From NCBI GenBank assembly GCA_036268595.1, contig DATATW010000063.1:37486-101485 (forward strand): a DNA stretch of 64,000 nucleotides, given 5' to 3'. Numbering within the stretch: position 1 is the first letter of the stretch; each line of letters begins with the position of its first letter. The stretch is from Terriglobales bacterium (GTDB lineage Bacteria; Acidobacteriota; Terriglobia; Terriglobales; Acidobacteriaceae). The notes beneath the pieces were generated by a model, which was given only the letters and a program-made list of their open reading frames with translations, searched no databases and was not told the DNA's origin. Both the position numbers and the translations under genes were made by a program. Shown one piece after another: positions 17,989 to 27,117 of this stretch.

Positions 17989-19005
17989 TCAGTGTTTCAG
18001 ATTCCCGTTTCCCCCACCGTGCATCGCACCGTCCAGCGGACACTTCGTGGGTGGCACCGAATTATCCACGCGGTGGTTGACCGGCGGAAGGGTTTGAAGA
18101 TAAGCGAAGATAGACGTTAGGTCCTCGTCAGTCATGTTGCGAAAAATCCACCATGGCATGATCGGGTTGATCTCGCGCGATCCCACGTAGCCGGTGCGAA
18201 GAGTTCGAATGAACAGAGCCTGGTTGTAATAAGGAATGCCGCTGGAGTCGGGGGTCAAATTGGCGCTGGCCACCTTACCCCACGGTCCCTCAAAAACCAG
18301 TCCGCCGCCAAATCTCATGGATGCTATGGTTTGACCTTTTTCATCCTCGGGGGTATGGCATTCGGCGCATCCGATTATGTTTACAAGATAAGCGCCCCGC
18401 TTCACCGGCGTCGAAAGATCCGGGGCGAGCACTGGTTCTGTGATTGGTTGCGGCTTATTTTGTGTCCGGCTTTGCACGGATGACGTTAGCTGTGTCTTGG
18501 GCAAGGGATTTCTTGCCGGGGGCAGCGAGCGCAAATAAACCACGACCGAAGCAACGTCCTCATCTGACAACAGCCGAAAGAGGCGATACGGCATTAATGG
18601 ATACAGCGCGCGCCCGTCATGTCCGATGCCTTCGCGAATGGCCCGCGACAGCATATCGTCAGTCCATTTTCCAGCGCCGGTATCTGGATCAGGCGTCAGA
18701 TTGGGCATCACCAGGTGGCCAATATCAATAGTTCCCAAATCAATCCCCGCCAGTTCCATGCCGGCGGGAATGGGCGGATCGTGCTTTGTCCAGTCAACCG
18801 GGGTGTGGCAATGGTTGCACGCCAGAACCGCTTCGACCAGATATTTGCCTCTTTCCAAACGCGCGGGAGTGCGCTCGAAACTGCGGTTGGTCAGGGGACG
18901 GGCGTTGGGGACAGTTTGTGATTCGTCGAATTTGGCCGCGCCTACGCCGATCAAAGTGATGATCAGGACTGAAACGACAAGCAGAATCTTCGTTTGCGTT
19001 TTCAT
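17989..19005 (-). CDS. Membrane-anchored dihaem c-type cytochrome (tandem paralogue of 16817-17839)
   Basis: It has 'CNHCH' and 'CAECH' motifs and aligns with its neighbour over the full length by eye (for example 'DDALARAIREGIGHDGRTLFPIMPY' versus 'DDMLSRAIREGIGHDGRALYPLMPY'). Confidence 0.85.
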   Translation of the reverse strand: MKTQTKILLVVSVLIITLIGVGAAKFDESQTVPNARPLTNRSFERTPARLERGKYLVEAVLACNHCHTPVDWTKHDPPIPAGMELAGIDLGTIDIGHLVMPNLTPDPDTGAGKWTDDMLSRAIREGIGHDGRALYPLMPYRLFRLLSDEDVASVVVYLRSLPPARNPLPKTQLTSSVQSRTQNKPQPITEPVLAPDLSTPVKRGAYLVNIIGCAECHTPEDEKGQTIASMRFGGGLVFEGPWGKVASANLTPDSSGIPYYNQALFIRTLRTGYVGSREINPIMPWWIFRNMTDEDLTSIFAYLQTLPPVNHRVDNSVPPTKCPLDGAMHGGGNGNLKH

Positions 19006-19160
19006 AATTGATTAGGAGAAGAGGGAGCCAAAAGATAGTTCTGTACAGGAAGGTTGTCAATCCCCCACACGGGTGGTTAACCCGATCTCATCAGCAACAA
19101 ACCATTAAGAGCTGAACGGTCGTCATTGCTGGGCGTTAACCGCTCCGTTATGATCTAGGC

Positions 19161-19484
19161 ATGAGTTTTCCCGATACCATAGTCTTATTCATTCTTGCCT
19201 TGCTTCTGTTCGGACCCAAGAAGCTGCCGCAGATCGCTCGTCAGGTGGGGAAGGCTCTGGGCGAGTTCAAGCGGGCATCGAATGAATTCAAATCGCAGAT
19301 CGAGTCAGAAATATCGCAGCTCGAATTCGAAGAGAAAAGAAAAGAGCAGGAGCAAAGCCTACCCAAGATCGAGCCGATGTCGGGGTCCATTCCGTCTTCA
19401 CGATTTGCTTTGCCCGAAAACCGGCCTGATTCCGAAGCATCTTCCCCGGACGTAAACTCGCCCGCCCACAGCAGCCATGTCTAA
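19161..19484 (+). CDS. tatA: Twin-arginine translocase TatA/E-family protein
   Basis: The hallmark 'LFILALLLFGPKKLPQIARQVGKALGEFKRA' is present, and the gene lies upstream of tatC. Confidence 0.9.
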   Translation: MSFPDTIVLFILALLLFGPKKLPQIARQVGKALGEFKRASNEFKSQIESEISQLEFEEKRKEQEQSLPKIEPMSGSIPSSRFALPENRPDSEASSPDVNSPAHSSHV

Positions 19485-20280
19485 CGTCGCTACTGAAACG
19501 GAACCCCAGGAATCCGAACGCGAGCCTATGAGCTCAATGAGTTTCCTCGAACACCTTGAGGAGCTCCGGACGCGCATCTTCCATTCACTGGCCGCGCTGG
19601 CCGTGGGTATGGGTATTTGCTGGTGGTACCACCAGGCGTTGTTCGCATATATGCAGAAGCCCATCATTGATGTGCTTCGGCAGAATGGGCTCCCGCAAAA
19701 ACTGGTCTATCTTACGCCTGCCGAGCCCTTCAACCTTTACTTGAAGATCTCCGCGCTGGCCGGCTTGTTTCTTACCTCGCCCTATGTGCTTTACCAGGTA
19801 TGGCTATTTATCTCGCCGGGCTTGTATCGCAAAGAAAAAAAGTATGCCGTCCCCTTTATGGCGTCTACGATTCTTCTATTTGCGGCGGGCGGATATTTCG
19901 GCTACCGCATGGTGTATCCCGCGGCGCTGAAATTTCTGATCGGCATTGGCAACCAGTTCACACCCATGATCACCATCCATGAGTACACCGATCTTTTTCT
20001 CACGGTGATTCTGGGCCTCGGACTAGTGTTTGAAATGCCAATCCTCATCTTCTTCCTGGCGCTCATGGGGGTAGTCAGCGCAGGCTGGATGTGGCGCAAC
20101 ATCCGTTACGGCATTCTCGTGATCTTTATTATCGCCGGCGCTCTTGCCCCGACGCCGGATATCAGCAGCATGTGCGTATTCGCTGCGCCCATGGTGGCGC
20201 TGTATTTCGTGAGTATCGGCGTCGCCTATTTCGTGCATCCCGCGCAGCGCCAAAAACGTGAGGCCCGGAAGCGAGCATGA
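19477..20280 (+). CDS. tatC: Twin-arginine translocase subunit TatC
   Basis: It has 'SFLEHLEELRTRI' and six predicted TM helices, and it overlaps tatA. The true start may be a downstream Met. Confidence 0.9.
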   Translation: MSNVATETEPQESEREPMSSMSFLEHLEELRTRIFHSLAALAVGMGICWWYHQALFAYMQKPIIDVLRQNGLPQKLVYLTPAEPFNLYLKISALAGLFLTSPYVLYQVWLFISPGLYRKEKKYAVPFMASTILLFAAGGYFGYRMVYPAALKFLIGIGNQFTPMITIHEYTDLFLTVILGLGLVFEMPILIFFLALMGVVSAGWMWRNIRYGILVIFIIAGALAPTPDISSMCVFAAPMVALYFVSIGVAYFVHPAQRQKREARKRA

Positions 20281-21242
20281 GGATATACAAACTTGCCTTG
20301 CTGCTGGCTGCGATGGGACTGTCCGCCTGTTCGAAGGCGAATAATGTGGATGCTGTAAGCGTCGTTGTACCTGCCTCGATTCATGCCGACGCCTCGGCGT
20401 CCGCCCCTGATAGCGCTCTGCCTGCTTTCAACGAGAATCGGGCCATGCAATACGTAAAAGAAATCGTGGCCCTGGGACCGCGCCCGATCGGCAGCGACAA
20501 CCACAAGAAAGTTGAAAAATATATTCTGGCGCACCTGAAGGGTGATGACGTCGAGCAGGATGCGTTTGATGTTCATCCCACTGAGGGAGCATTTCCAGTT
20601 CGCAACATCATTGCCAAATTTCAGGGAACACGTGATGGCATTATCGTGATCGCCAGCCACTACGACACCAACTGGCCTTTGCGCAATACCTCCTACATCG
20701 GGGCCAACGACGGCGCATCCTCCAGTGCGCTTCTGCTGGAAATTGCCAATCAGCTTCGCGGCAAAAAACTGGAAGGCTACAGCATCTGGTTGCTTTGGGA
20801 TGATGCCGAGGAATCCATGAAGCTTCCCTGGGATGATCCTGAGTCGCTTTACGGAGTTCGACATCTGGCAGACAAATGGCAGGCGGATGGAACACTCAAA
20901 AAGATCAGAGCATTCCTGCTGGAAGATATGATTGGAGATGCCGACTTGAACATCGAGCACGATACGAATTCGACTCCGTGGCTCGAAGATTTGATCTTTA
21001 AGGCGGCGACTCAACTCGGCTATCAGTCACATTTTTTTGCTCGCACCATGCCGGTAACCGACGACCACATACCGTTTGTGGAGCATGGCGTGCCCTCGGC
21101 AGACTTGATTGATTTTGATTACGGCTACAACGATGTCTTCCATCACACCACCGACGATACCGTCGACAAGCTCAGCGCCAAGAGTTTGGAGATTGTCGGC
21201 ACCGTAACGCTGGAGGCGGTTCGCCTGATCAACCAGCGATAA
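20277..21242 (+). CDS. M28-family metallopeptidase lipoprotein
   Basis: A lipobox 'LLLAAMGLSAC' and metal-ligand contexts 'ASHYDT', 'GANDGASS', 'WDDAEE' and 'DDHIPF' are present. Confidence 0.8.
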   Translation: MRIYKLALLLAAMGLSACSKANNVDAVSVVVPASIHADASASAPDSALPAFNENRAMQYVKEIVALGPRPIGSDNHKKVEKYILAHLKGDDVEQDAFDVHPTEGAFPVRNIIAKFQGTRDGIIVIASHYDTNWPLRNTSYIGANDGASSSALLLEIANQLRGKKLEGYSIWLLWDDAEESMKLPWDDPESLYGVRHLADKWQADGTLKKIRAFLLEDMIGDADLNIEHDTNSTPWLEDLIFKAATQLGYQSHFFARTMPVTDDHIPFVEHGVPSADLIDFDYGYNDVFHHTTDDTVDKLSAKSLEIVGTVTLEAVRLINQR

Positions 21243-21275
21243 AGCCCGCATGAACGGGAAGGGCTTAAGGATCTT

Positions 21276-21357
21276 TTCCTTCGTGAACCTTCGTGTCCTT
21301 CGTGGTTAGCGATCTTGAAACCAATAACCACGAAGGACACGAAGGTTCACGAAGGAA
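21276..21357. repeat. Perfect 32-bp-arm hairpin built from (CACGAAGG)-type stutter words
   Basis: The left arm, 'ttccttcgtgaaccttcgtgtccttcgtggtt' (21276-21307), is the exact reverse complement of 21326-21357, with an 18-nt loop. It lies in the intergenic region after the M28 gene. Confidence 0.9.
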
Positions 21358-21477
21358 AAACCCGGTACGCCGTGAGGAATGCTCTTCGTCCGGTGGCGGC
21401 CGCGGAAAATCCGCGCGTCACTTGCCGTCTTTCACTTTTCTGCAATTTCATTTCTAATCCTCACAGCACATTACCTC

Positions 21478-22398
21478 ATGAGCGAACCCCTGGACTGGAT
21501 TCTTTTCAATGTATTCGTCGCCGCCATGCTCGCACTCGACCTCGGCGTCATCAATCGCCGCGCGAAGACGCCCAGCTTACGCCAGGCTCTTGTCTGGAGC
21601 GGAGTATGGATCGGGCTGGCAGCGACCTTTGCGGCGATTATTTACGGCACCCAAGGTCGTGCTTCGGCCCTGGAATTCTCCACCGGATATGTGATCGAAA
21701 TATCGCTCAGTGCTGACAATCTTTTTATTTTTCTTCTTATCTTCCGCTACTTCCGCCTGCCAGACGAGCAACAACATCGCGTGCTGTTCTGGGGAATCAT
21801 TGGCGCCATCATCATGCGCGCGGCTTTCATTTTTGCCGGCGTGGGTTTAATTCGAAGGTTTCACTGGATCATCTATGGATTCGGGCTTCTGCTGGTCTAC
21901 AGCGGGATCCGGCTGCTCTTTCAGCACGGCGGCGAAGTTCATCCCGAGAAGAACCCGCTGCTCCGCTTGGTAAGAAAATTCATGCCTGTCACTCCAGATT
22001 ACGTGGGTGGGAAATTTTTCGTACGCGGCGAACAACTCTGTGCGACGCCTTTGTTACTGGTACTCATCGTGATTGAGACCACCGACGTGATTTTCACCGT
22101 CGATTCCATCCCCGCTGTGCTTTCCATCACCTTGAACACCTTTATTGTTTACACGTCGAATATTTTTGCCATCCTCGGCCTGCGCTCCCTGTTCTTTACC
22201 TTAGCTGGGTTAATGGAAGTATTCGAGTACCTGCACTATGGAATCTCCTGCGTACTGGTCTTTGTGGGGGCGAAGATGCTGCTCTCGCACTACTACCCGA
22301 TTCGTACCGATATTTCTCTGGCCGTGATAGGAGGAATTTTACTGGTGACGATTATTGCCTCGGCGTTGCACCGGGATGAGCCGAAAGCTGAAGCGTGA
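21478..22398 (+). CDS. TerC-family integral membrane protein
   Basis: It is a multi-TM protein with 'EISLSADNLFIF' and 'ETTDVIFTVDSIPAV' motifs. I prefer the start at 21478 ('MSEPLDWILFNVF'), because the longer ORF from 21379 runs through the hairpin-flank region. Confidence 0.85.
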   Translation: MSEPLDWILFNVFVAAMLALDLGVINRRAKTPSLRQALVWSGVWIGLAATFAAIIYGTQGRASALEFSTGYVIEISLSADNLFIFLLIFRYFRLPDEQQHRVLFWGIIGAIIMRAAFIFAGVGLIRRFHWIIYGFGLLLVYSGIRLLFQHGGEVHPEKNPLLRLVRKFMPVTPDYVGGKFFVRGEQLCATPLLLVLIVIETTDVIFTVDSIPAVLSITLNTFIVYTSNIFAILGLRSLFFTLAGLMEVFEYLHYGISCVLVFVGAKMLLSHYYPIRTDISLAVIGGILLVTIIASALHRDEPKAEA

Positions 22399-22415
22399 GC
22401 CGGAACTGCGGAGAC

Positions 22416-23987
22416 CTACTCAAATCTGATTTTTTCCCCGCTGACCACTGAATGCTTTTTAAACTTAGCATCGTTGTGGTCGGGATAATCCGTGCGATAG
22501 TGCGCGCCTCGGCTTTCTTCCCGCGCGAAGGCCGAACGAGCTACCAGAGTTCCAACTATCTGCAGATTGCGTCCTTCGAACTCACGCCGGCTATGTGGCC
22601 GCGAAACTTTTTCGCCGATTTCACCTAATCGCTTGATCGCGTCTTTCAAACTCGCGCCGGTGCGAACGATGCCCACGTTCTTCCACATCAGCTCCTGCAA
22701 TTCGCTGATTGACGAATCCACGGGAACACTTACTGGCCCGTTGGAATAGGCGGCTGGCGGCAGGCCCGACTCGCGCTGAGGCGGCGCCTTGAGTTCATCG
22801 CGCATTCGTTTTCCGGCGCGGGCGCCGAACACCAATCCCTCGAGAAGGGAATTGCTGGCCAACCGATTTGCGCCGTGGACCCCGGTTCCAGCAGCTTCTC
22901 CAGCGGCATACAGCCCGGGCAAAGTGGCGCGGCCCTCGAGATCGGTGCGCACTCCGCCCATGGCGTAATGTGCGGCCGGACGAATGGGCACAAATTCACC
23001 CGTAATGTCGATGTTGTACTGCATGCAGGTGGCATAGATTCTCGGGAACCGTTTGCGAATGTGACTTTCCTGCAGGTGCGTCATGTCGAGATAAACCACG
23101 GGCTCTTTCGCACGCGATCGTTCCAGTTCGTGCATGATGGCGCGTGCCACTACATCCCGCGGAGCCAGTTCCCCCATCGGATGGTACTTGCCCATGAAGC
23201 GCATCATTTCCGTGTTGCGCAAATACGCGCCCTCTCCGCGCAGTGCCTCGGACAAAAGAAAACGCGGCGCCTTCTTCAAATAGAGAGCGGTGGGATGGAA
23301 CTGAATGAACTCGAGATCCGTGACTTCCGCCCCGGCGCGGTACGCCATGGCAACACCGTCGCCGGTCGCCACGCCCGGATTTGTCGTGTTCATGTAAAGC
23401 TGTCCCATGCCGCCGGTTGCCAGCAGCACGGCCGAAGCATGGATCGTGCTGTGAAGGCCGTGATCGTCGATGACGTTCACTCCGCAGACGCGACCGCCTT
23501 CCATCACCAGATCTGTCGAGAATTCGAATTCGCGGATCGTTATTTCCGGAAGGGTTTTGGCTTTGGCATAGAGGGCGCGTTGAATTTCGCGTCCGGTAGA
23601 ATCGCCGTGCGCGTGCAGAATCCGATTACGGCTGTGCGCACCTTCGCGTCCAAATGTCAGCTTGGTGCCGTCGCGGTCGAACTCAGTTCCCCAGGCGATC
23701 AACTCTTCAATTCGTTCAGGTGCGTCCTCGACCAGGATCTTGGCGGCTTCCGGATTGCAGAGCCCGTCACCGGCCACCAGCGTGTCCTGGAGGTGCAGGC
23801 TGATTTCATCCTCGTCGCTCAGAGCCGCCGCGATTCCGCCTTGCGCGTATTGCGTGCTGGAATCGGCTATCTCGCGCTTCACTAGCACCATGACCCGGCC
23901 AGCAGGGGCCAGTTCGATCGCCGCGCGCAATCCTGCGATTCCGGCGCCAATGACCAGAAAATCAGTTTCGGAGGAATCGGCTGGCAT
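22416..23987 (-). CDS. nadB: L-aspartate oxidase
   Basis: 'DFLVIGAGIAGLRAA', 'FHPTAL', 'RGEGAYLRN' and 'HGANRLASNSLLEG' are present. The start is placed at 23987 ('MPADSSETDF'); the 69-codon upstream extension is Arg-rich and implausible. Confidence 0.92.
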   Translation of the reverse strand: MPADSSETDFLVIGAGIAGLRAAIELAPAGRVMVLVKREIADSSTQYAQGGIAAALSDEDEISLHLQDTLVAGDGLCNPEAAKILVEDAPERIEELIAWGTEFDRDGTKLTFGREGAHSRNRILHAHGDSTGREIQRALYAKAKTLPEITIREFEFSTDLVMEGGRVCGVNVIDDHGLHSTIHASAVLLATGGMGQLYMNTTNPGVATGDGVAMAYRAGAEVTDLEFIQFHPTALYLKKAPRFLLSEALRGEGAYLRNTEMMRFMGKYHPMGELAPRDVVARAIMHELERSRAKEPVVYLDMTHLQESHIRKRFPRIYATCMQYNIDITGEFVPIRPAAHYAMGGVRTDLEGRATLPGLYAAGEAAGTGVHGANRLASNSLLEGLVFGARAGKRMRDELKAPPQRESGLPPAAYSNGPVSVPVDSSISELQELMWKNVGIVRTGASLKDAIKRLGEIGEKVSRPHSRREFEGRNLQIVGTLVARSAFAREESRGAHYRTDYPDHNDAKFKKHSVVSGEKIRFE

Positions 23988-24159
23988 GACGAAATGGTAT
24001 ACCCGAAACCCGCGCCATACTACAAGCCGGAACCTGCGCCGAACACGTAGGGACAAGCCGCCCTCAGCTCTCGAGGCGAGCATGGCTCGAGAGCAAGTTC
24101 TTCCATCCGATGGCTGACGGCTGAGAGCTGATAGCTGGCAGCTTGTTATCATATTCGCA

Positions 24160-25257
24160 ATGCTTCGTATCCCGATCACCACCGCATCCCACAACTACGA
24201 AGCTGTGATTGAGCACGGCTTGCTCACGCGTGCCGGAGAGACTCTGCGGGAGCTTTTCGAAGCTAAGCGGGGGGTATTTATCGTCACCGTGCCCCCGGTG
24301 CGACGGCGGTGGGGAAAGGTCCTCACGAAAGCTCTTACCGGTTCCGGCTTTGGGCACAGGTTCATCGAGATGCGGGAAGGCGAGCGCTTCAAGCGGCTTT
24401 CGAGCGTAGAGAAATTAGCAGACGATCTGGTGACGCTTGGCGCAGATCGTAAAGCGATCGTGATCGCCTTCGGTGGCGGCGTCGTCGGCGATGTCGCTGG
24501 GATGCTCGCCTCGGTCTACATGCGCGGAGTGCAGCTGGTTCAAATACCCACAACCGTGCAGGCCCAGCTCGATGCGGCCATAGGCGGCAAGACCGGAGTG
24601 AATCTGAAATCCGGCAAGAATCTGCTGGGCACGTTTTATCAGCCGGCAGCCGTACTCATCGATCCTGCAGTGCTTTCCACACTGCCCGATCGTGAATTCC
24701 GTGCGGGGATGTACGAAGCTCTGAAGTGTGGCGTGATTGGGAATCCGGAATTGTTCACGCGCCTCGAGCAAAGCTCGATCAAATTATTGCGCAAGGATCG
24801 CGAGTTGCTCACTTGGGCAATTGCGGAGTCCGTTAAGTTCAAGGCGCAAGTAGTCTCCAGCGACGAAAGGGAAGGCGGGCTGCGGCGTGTTCTCAATTTC
24901 GGACACACGCTCGGTCATGCGCTCGAAACCGCAACTTCTTACCGTCATTTGTTGCACGGTGAAGCGGTTGCCTGGGGAATGATCGCGGCCGCCAAAATCG
25001 CCGACCACATTCGCTTCTCGAACAACGGAACGCTCGAGCGGGTTCGGGATGCGAGTCTCAGATGGGGACCGCTTCCGCAAGTGAATCTGACAACTTCGAA
25101 AGCCATGTCGTTGATTCGCTCCGACAAAAAAACTGAGTCCGGTGTGGTGAACTTCGTTCTTGCAAAAGAAATCGGCAAGGTCGAGATCGTGGATAGCGTG
25201 CCGGAAAGCGCAGTAGCGGCGGCGTTGGCTGAGATTCGGCGGCTTTCGCGTGAATAG
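24160..25257 (+). CDS. aroB: 3-dehydroquinate synthase
   Basis: 'AFGGGVVGDVAGMLAS', 'DAAIGGKTGVN' and 'LNFGHTLGHALE' are present. Size is 365 aa. Confidence 0.92.
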   Translation: MLRIPITTASHNYEAVIEHGLLTRAGETLRELFEAKRGVFIVTVPPVRRRWGKVLTKALTGSGFGHRFIEMREGERFKRLSSVEKLADDLVTLGADRKAIVIAFGGGVVGDVAGMLASVYMRGVQLVQIPTTVQAQLDAAIGGKTGVNLKSGKNLLGTFYQPAAVLIDPAVLSTLPDREFRAGMYEALKCGVIGNPELFTRLEQSSIKLLRKDRELLTWAIAESVKFKAQVVSSDEREGGLRRVLNFGHTLGHALETATSYRHLLHGEAVAWGMIAAAKIADHIRFSNNGTLERVRDASLRWGPLPQVNLTTSKAMSLIRSDKKTESGVVNFVLAKEIGKVEIVDSVPESAVAAALAEIRRLSRE

Positions 25258-26029
25258 GGCAGCAAGCGACGGAACAGAAGTTGTCGGCAGCGACAACTCG
25301 GTTTGCGGCGCGTCTCCATCCGGGGCTTCCGACCGCGAATCAGCAGCCCGCGCGGTGCGTGAAATGTTTACTGCCATCGCGCCCCGCTATGACCTGCTCA
25401 ATCATCTTCTTTCCGCAAACGTAGATAAGCTGTGGTGGCGTCGAACCGCCAGAAGTTTCGCGGATATCCTTGCCAGGCCGGATGCACAGGTGCTTGATTT
25501 GTGTTGCGGTACAGGCGACATGGCGCTCGCTCTGCGGAAGCAGAGCAGGCAAGCGGAAATTACCGGCGCTGATTTCTCTCACACCATGCTGGTATTGGCT
25601 TCGAAGAAGAAATCAGCCGGCCATCCGATCCGGTGGATCGAAGCCGATGCATTGCAACTTCCATTTCCCGACCAGAGTTTCGATCTGGTGACATCGGCGT
25701 TCGGTTTTCGCAACCTCGCTGATTATGATGCCGGGCTGCGCGAAATCCTGCGAGTACTTCGTCCGGGAGGAGAATGCGGGATCCTGGAATTCAGTGAACC
25801 GCAAGGCATCATGGGCAAGATCTACGACGTGTATTTCAAGTGTATTCTGCCTCAGATAGGCAGGCTAATTTCCGGAAACAACGGAGCCTATTCCTACCTG
25901 CCGGCATCCGTGGAACGGTTCCCCACTCCGCGAGAAATCCTTGCCCGCATGACAGCCCTGGGGTTCGCAGATCCTTCGTGGGCGCAATATACCTTTGGGA
26001 TCGCGGGACTGTTCCGCGGCAAGCGTTAA
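25250..26029 (+). CDS. ubiE: Demethylmenaquinone / ubiquinone-type C-methyltransferase
   Basis: 'FTAIAPRYDLLNHLLS', the SAM motif 'VLDLCCGTGD', and 'FGFRN' and 'LRPGG' are present. The exact start is uncertain. Confidence 0.85.
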   Translation: MNRAASDGTEVVGSDNSVCGASPSGASDRESAARAVREMFTAIAPRYDLLNHLLSANVDKLWWRRTARSFADILARPDAQVLDLCCGTGDMALALRKQSRQAEITGADFSHTMLVLASKKKSAGHPIRWIEADALQLPFPDQSFDLVTSAFGFRNLADYDAGLREILRVLRPGGECGILEFSEPQGIMGKIYDVYFKCILPQIGRLISGNNGAYSYLPASVERFPTPREILARMTALGFADPSWAQYTFGIAGLFRGKR

Positions 26030-26063
26030 TCGGGGAGCAAAACGAAATCTAGCGTGTTACGTG

Positions 26064-26981
26064 TTAGAAGAAGCCGGTCATAGGCTGAGCTGGTCCGGCC
26101 GCACCAGGATAGGTTTTTACCCCCAGCGCCTGCATTAGCGTCTTAAGCGTGTTCTGGTGCTGATACAGAGTTGCAAGTTTGCTTCCGGGCTTCACTTTTG
26201 GGCCGATCACCACTGCGACCACATGGCCTCCGCCGTGGGCGGTATCTGAAGTGACACTTTCGTCGAACACGATGATCAGAATGCCATCCTTCCGAAATGT
26301 CGAACTGGAGAGCAGCGGGGCGATGTGGACCTTCAACCAGCTATCCGCTTGCGCCAAAGTGCCGTTGTGCGCATCGTCATCTAGATTCGGAACGATGAAG
26401 GAAAAATTCGGCAGCGCATGATTACTCAGATCCTTTGCAAACTGTGTGAAGGGCACAAGATTGTTTTTCTCGCTGCTGTTGGCGACGTCTGAAAAGTAGG
26501 CGAAGGGATTGTGCCGCTTTAGATACAATCCGGAACTGCACCCTGTGTATCCCACGGAAGGCAGGCTTTCTGCGTAAGACTTCCAGGTTTTTCCCGCGTT
26601 TAACAGGTGTCGCACCAGATTGTCATTTGTGATCGTGCCACAAAAACTATCATTGTTCGTAAGGATCGCACCCGTCGTCAGCATAAAGTAGTTGCCTATA
26701 GATGGATGAGTATTGGCGTAGTACTGGGTTGCCAAGCCATACTTCGAGGCCAGGCTTTTCAGGTATGGCATTGCAGAAGTTCCAATGACGCTCGAGTAAC
26801 TGTGATTCTCTTCAACCAGTAAAAACACGTGACTGCTGGCGGGAACAACTGACGCGTTGGGCGTGATGCGAGAGGGCTGCGAATTTGTCGCGGCCGTGCC
26901 CGACCCGACTGCCGTTGCGAACAAGGCAAAAAAGCAAAATAAAGTTTTCACTTTGAACTCCAGATTGTTTGGAACTTCCAT
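26064..26981 (-). CDS. Secreted phosphoesterase-family protein (AcpA / phospholipase C-like fold)
   Basis: It has a signal peptide, 'HPSIGNYFMLTTG', and 'IVPNLDDDAHNG'. It is shorter than typical family members, so the function is tentative. Confidence 0.6.
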   Translation of the reverse strand: MEVPNNLEFKVKTLFCFFALFATAVGSGTAATNSQPSRITPNASVVPASSHVFLLVEENHSYSSVIGTSAMPYLKSLASKYGLATQYYANTHPSIGNYFMLTTGAILTNNDSFCGTITNDNLVRHLLNAGKTWKSYAESLPSVGYTGCSSGLYLKRHNPFAYFSDVANSSEKNNLVPFTQFAKDLSNHALPNFSFIVPNLDDDAHNGTLAQADSWLKVHIAPLLSSSTFRKDGILIIVFDESVTSDTAHGGGHVVAVVIGPKVKPGSKLATLYQHQNTLKTLMQALGVKTYPGAAGPAQPMTGFF

Positions 26982-27117
26982 GAGCTAAGAGCTAAGAGCG
27001 GCGAAGAAATCAGCCAGCCTGGGTTGCTTAACCTGAGGACTTCTCAAATCTATAAAAACAACATGCGGCCTGCAAGGTGCGAAGCGAATACTTAGGACAG
27101 GAACATTCGGGGTAAGT

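Noticed and set aside
20226-21014. 262-aa minus-strand ORF.
   Set aside because: It is an antisense shadow of the M28 peptidase gene, which has clear family motifs, and its composition is Arg/Gly-rich.
21358-21477. Possible Mn2+ (yybP-ykoY) riboswitch in the leader of the TerC-family gene.
   Set aside because: I could not find the conserved GGGGAGUAG / GAGAC-type cores in the roughly 120-nt leader. Only the stutter-word hairpin is present. An Infernal scan would be needed.
22875-23885. 336-aa plus-strand ORF.
   Set aside because: It is an antisense shadow of nadB.
23988-24194. N-terminal extension of nadB (track ORF 22416-24194).
   Set aside because: The extension is Arg-rich and crosses a stutter-word repeat and the aroB promoter region. 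The FAD-binding GxGxxG fold starts right after the Met at 23987.
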